Assembly: GCA_049320885.1 (NCBI GenBank) | Contig: JBMORA010000010.1 | Span: 1 to 29,084 of the forward strand | Source of the DNA: Thermodesulfobacteriota bacterium | GTDB lineage: Bacteria > Desulfobacterota > Desulfobacteria > Desulfobacterales > SURF-7 | Reading direction: 5' to 3' | Length of the DNA stretch: 29,084 nucleotides | Notes under the pieces: model-generated | Databases searched by the model: none | Told to the model about the DNA's origin: nothing | What the model saw: only the letters and a program-made list of their open reading frames with translations | Position numbers and translations under genes: made by a program | Part shown: positions 27,838 through 29,084 of the stretch, piece after piece | Layout: each line of letters begins with the position of its first letter | Numbering within the stretch: position 1 is the first letter of the stretch

Positions 27838-27909
27838 GGGGTCGGGCCACGGAATATCTTCGCCAGTCAAGGATTTTACCTCAAAACAAGGCCGTTTTTT
27901 GACCCAATA
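27838..27909. repeat. GGGGTCGGGCC…CAAAACAAGGCC motif, copy 3
   Basis: GGGGTCGGGCCACGGAATATCTTCGCCAGTCAAGGATTTTACCTCAAAACAAGGCC matches 25416-25471. Confidence 0.8.
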
Positions 27910-27986
27910 ACGATGTTTTTGGGGCCGAAAAGGACGTTTTAAGAACAGGAATAACTTCCCCGGGAGAAGGACGAAAAAAAAACCGG

Positions 27987-28136
27987 CTTCCCATCCATTT
28001 TTTAACCGCCTGAAAAATCTTTACATATGAACCCGTTCTGCGATACAAGCCAGTATTGCCTGTACGCTCTTTGACATGCAATCGGCTATGCGGGAGGCCA
28101 AAACCGCATAGAGCGGCAAAATCCATCGGCAGGTTT
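27987..28136 (+). repeat. 150-bp conserved leader upstream of Rhs cassette 3
   Basis: Direct repeat of 26248-26397. Confidence 0.9.
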
Positions 28137-28943
28137 GGGTACAAACCCGGAAGCACCTGGACAACCGATCCGCTGTTTATGAAGGTCGGAACCGAGTACT
28201 ACTTCTATCACAACGACCACCTCGGAACACCCCAGAAGATAACTACCGTCAGCGGAGCCGTGGTCTGGTCGGCGAAATACAGCTCATTCGGCAAGGCGGA
28301 AATCGATCCCGCATCCACGGTTACCAGCAACCTGAGGTTCCCGGGCCAGTACTTTGATCAAGAAACGGGCCTCTACTACAATTGGTACAGATTTTATGAC
28401 CCAACAATTGGGAGATATATCAAAAAGGACCCGATAGGTTTTAGAGGTGGTGATATCAATTTATACGGATACGGATTAAATTGTCCGACAAACAGAATTG
28501 ATAACACAGGTAAGTTCGTCAGGACAGTGGGCTGTAATGAACGGCAAAAATTACGAATAAATGTCGCTGTTAATAGGATAGAAAAAAATATCCTATCAAA
28601 ATGCATTTGTGATGAAAACGCAAAAGCCATGTTTAAGGCATCATTGTCTCAGTTGACAGTTACTTGCGCGGATTGGGAAGGCGGACGTAATCCTTATACA
28701 GGTTATCCTATTTGTGGATATGCGCAGGGAATGTTCGAACAAATAACCCGATATAAGGGTTTGAGAAAGGGGCCGTATAATCCAGACGAGGTAATACTTA
28801 CGACTTTGGGAATTGATGAAGCACCAGGATGCGGCGCATTAGAGGCGACCTTATTGGAAGAAATTGCCCATAACTGGGGATATGATCACGAAGATAAAGA
28901 CTTCCAAGATATGATAAACTGTGCCGAAAAGCAGGCCAAATAA
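28137..28943 (+). pseudogene. Orphan Rhs cassette 3: Rhs core and zincin-like C-terminal toxin (28515-28943)
   Basis: GYKPGSTWTTDPLFMK…NLRFPGQYFDQETGLYYNWYRFYDP…DPIG…PTNRIDNTGK; tip contains LLEEIAHNWGYDH. Confidence 0.88.
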
Positions 28944-28957
28944 TATAAACACCAGAA

Positions 28958-29084
28958 TATCCCCGATGGCCACCCAAAATCCCCCACCTGTGGCCACTTG
29001 AAAATCCCCCACCTGGTCACCCCAAAAGCTGACGTAAATCTTTAAAACCGGAAAAATTTGGACCAAGGGCGACGGAACGTTAAT
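28958..29084 (+). mobile_element. Probable IS21-family terminus (transposase not in window)
   Basis: Tandem 24-25-bp repeats TGGCCACCCAAAATCCCCCACCTG (28967-28990), TGGCCACTTGAAAATCCCCCACCTG (28991-29015) and a partial third; IS21 ends typically carry multiple tandem transposase-binding repeats. Confidence 0.65.

Noticed and set aside
28967..29027. CRISPR repeats or iterons
   Set aside because: Repeats are contiguous without spacers and fit IS21-type ends better

Overview
Bacterial window, GC-rich in its core genes; codon style and gene content suggest an anaerobic Desulfobacterota (Desulfobacterales-like) genome, which is an inference. It probably begins at a contig edge with a 55-nt poly-C artefact. 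(1) 56-13572 is a 12-gene, mostly translationally coupled + strand operon: an Fe-S-motif GMC flavo-oxidoreductase, a 485-aa helical unknown, two complete sets of BCR/HAD-family (class I benzoyl-CoA reductase / 2-hydroxyacyl-CoA dehydratase) subunits with three ASKHA activases, and a poly-Cys ferredoxin-like protein. Between the two sets sit a stand-alone acetyl-CoA-synthase middle-domain protein and a CooC/AcsF nickel-insertion ATPase, with no CODH/ACS catalytic gene in view. This is the best candidate for an undescribed system. (2) 13688-23023 is housekeeping: two cold-shock proteins, a PpiC/SurA-like foldase, a small 4-Cys protein, a hybrid PAS sensor kinase, E. coli-like parE-parC and a DUF2914-like exported protein. 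(3) 23.6-29.1 kb is an array of three orphan Rhs core/C-terminal toxin cassettes with AT-rich tips (a putative membrane-active toxin, an AMOP-like tip and an EExxHxxGxxH zincin-like tip). It also holds two membrane immunity candidates, a conserved 150-bp leader fused at the same Rhs breakpoint in two cassettes, REP-like palindromes, an IS1634-like remnant, a multi-hairpin element and an IS21-like end. All family calls come from motif recognition by eye, not database searches.
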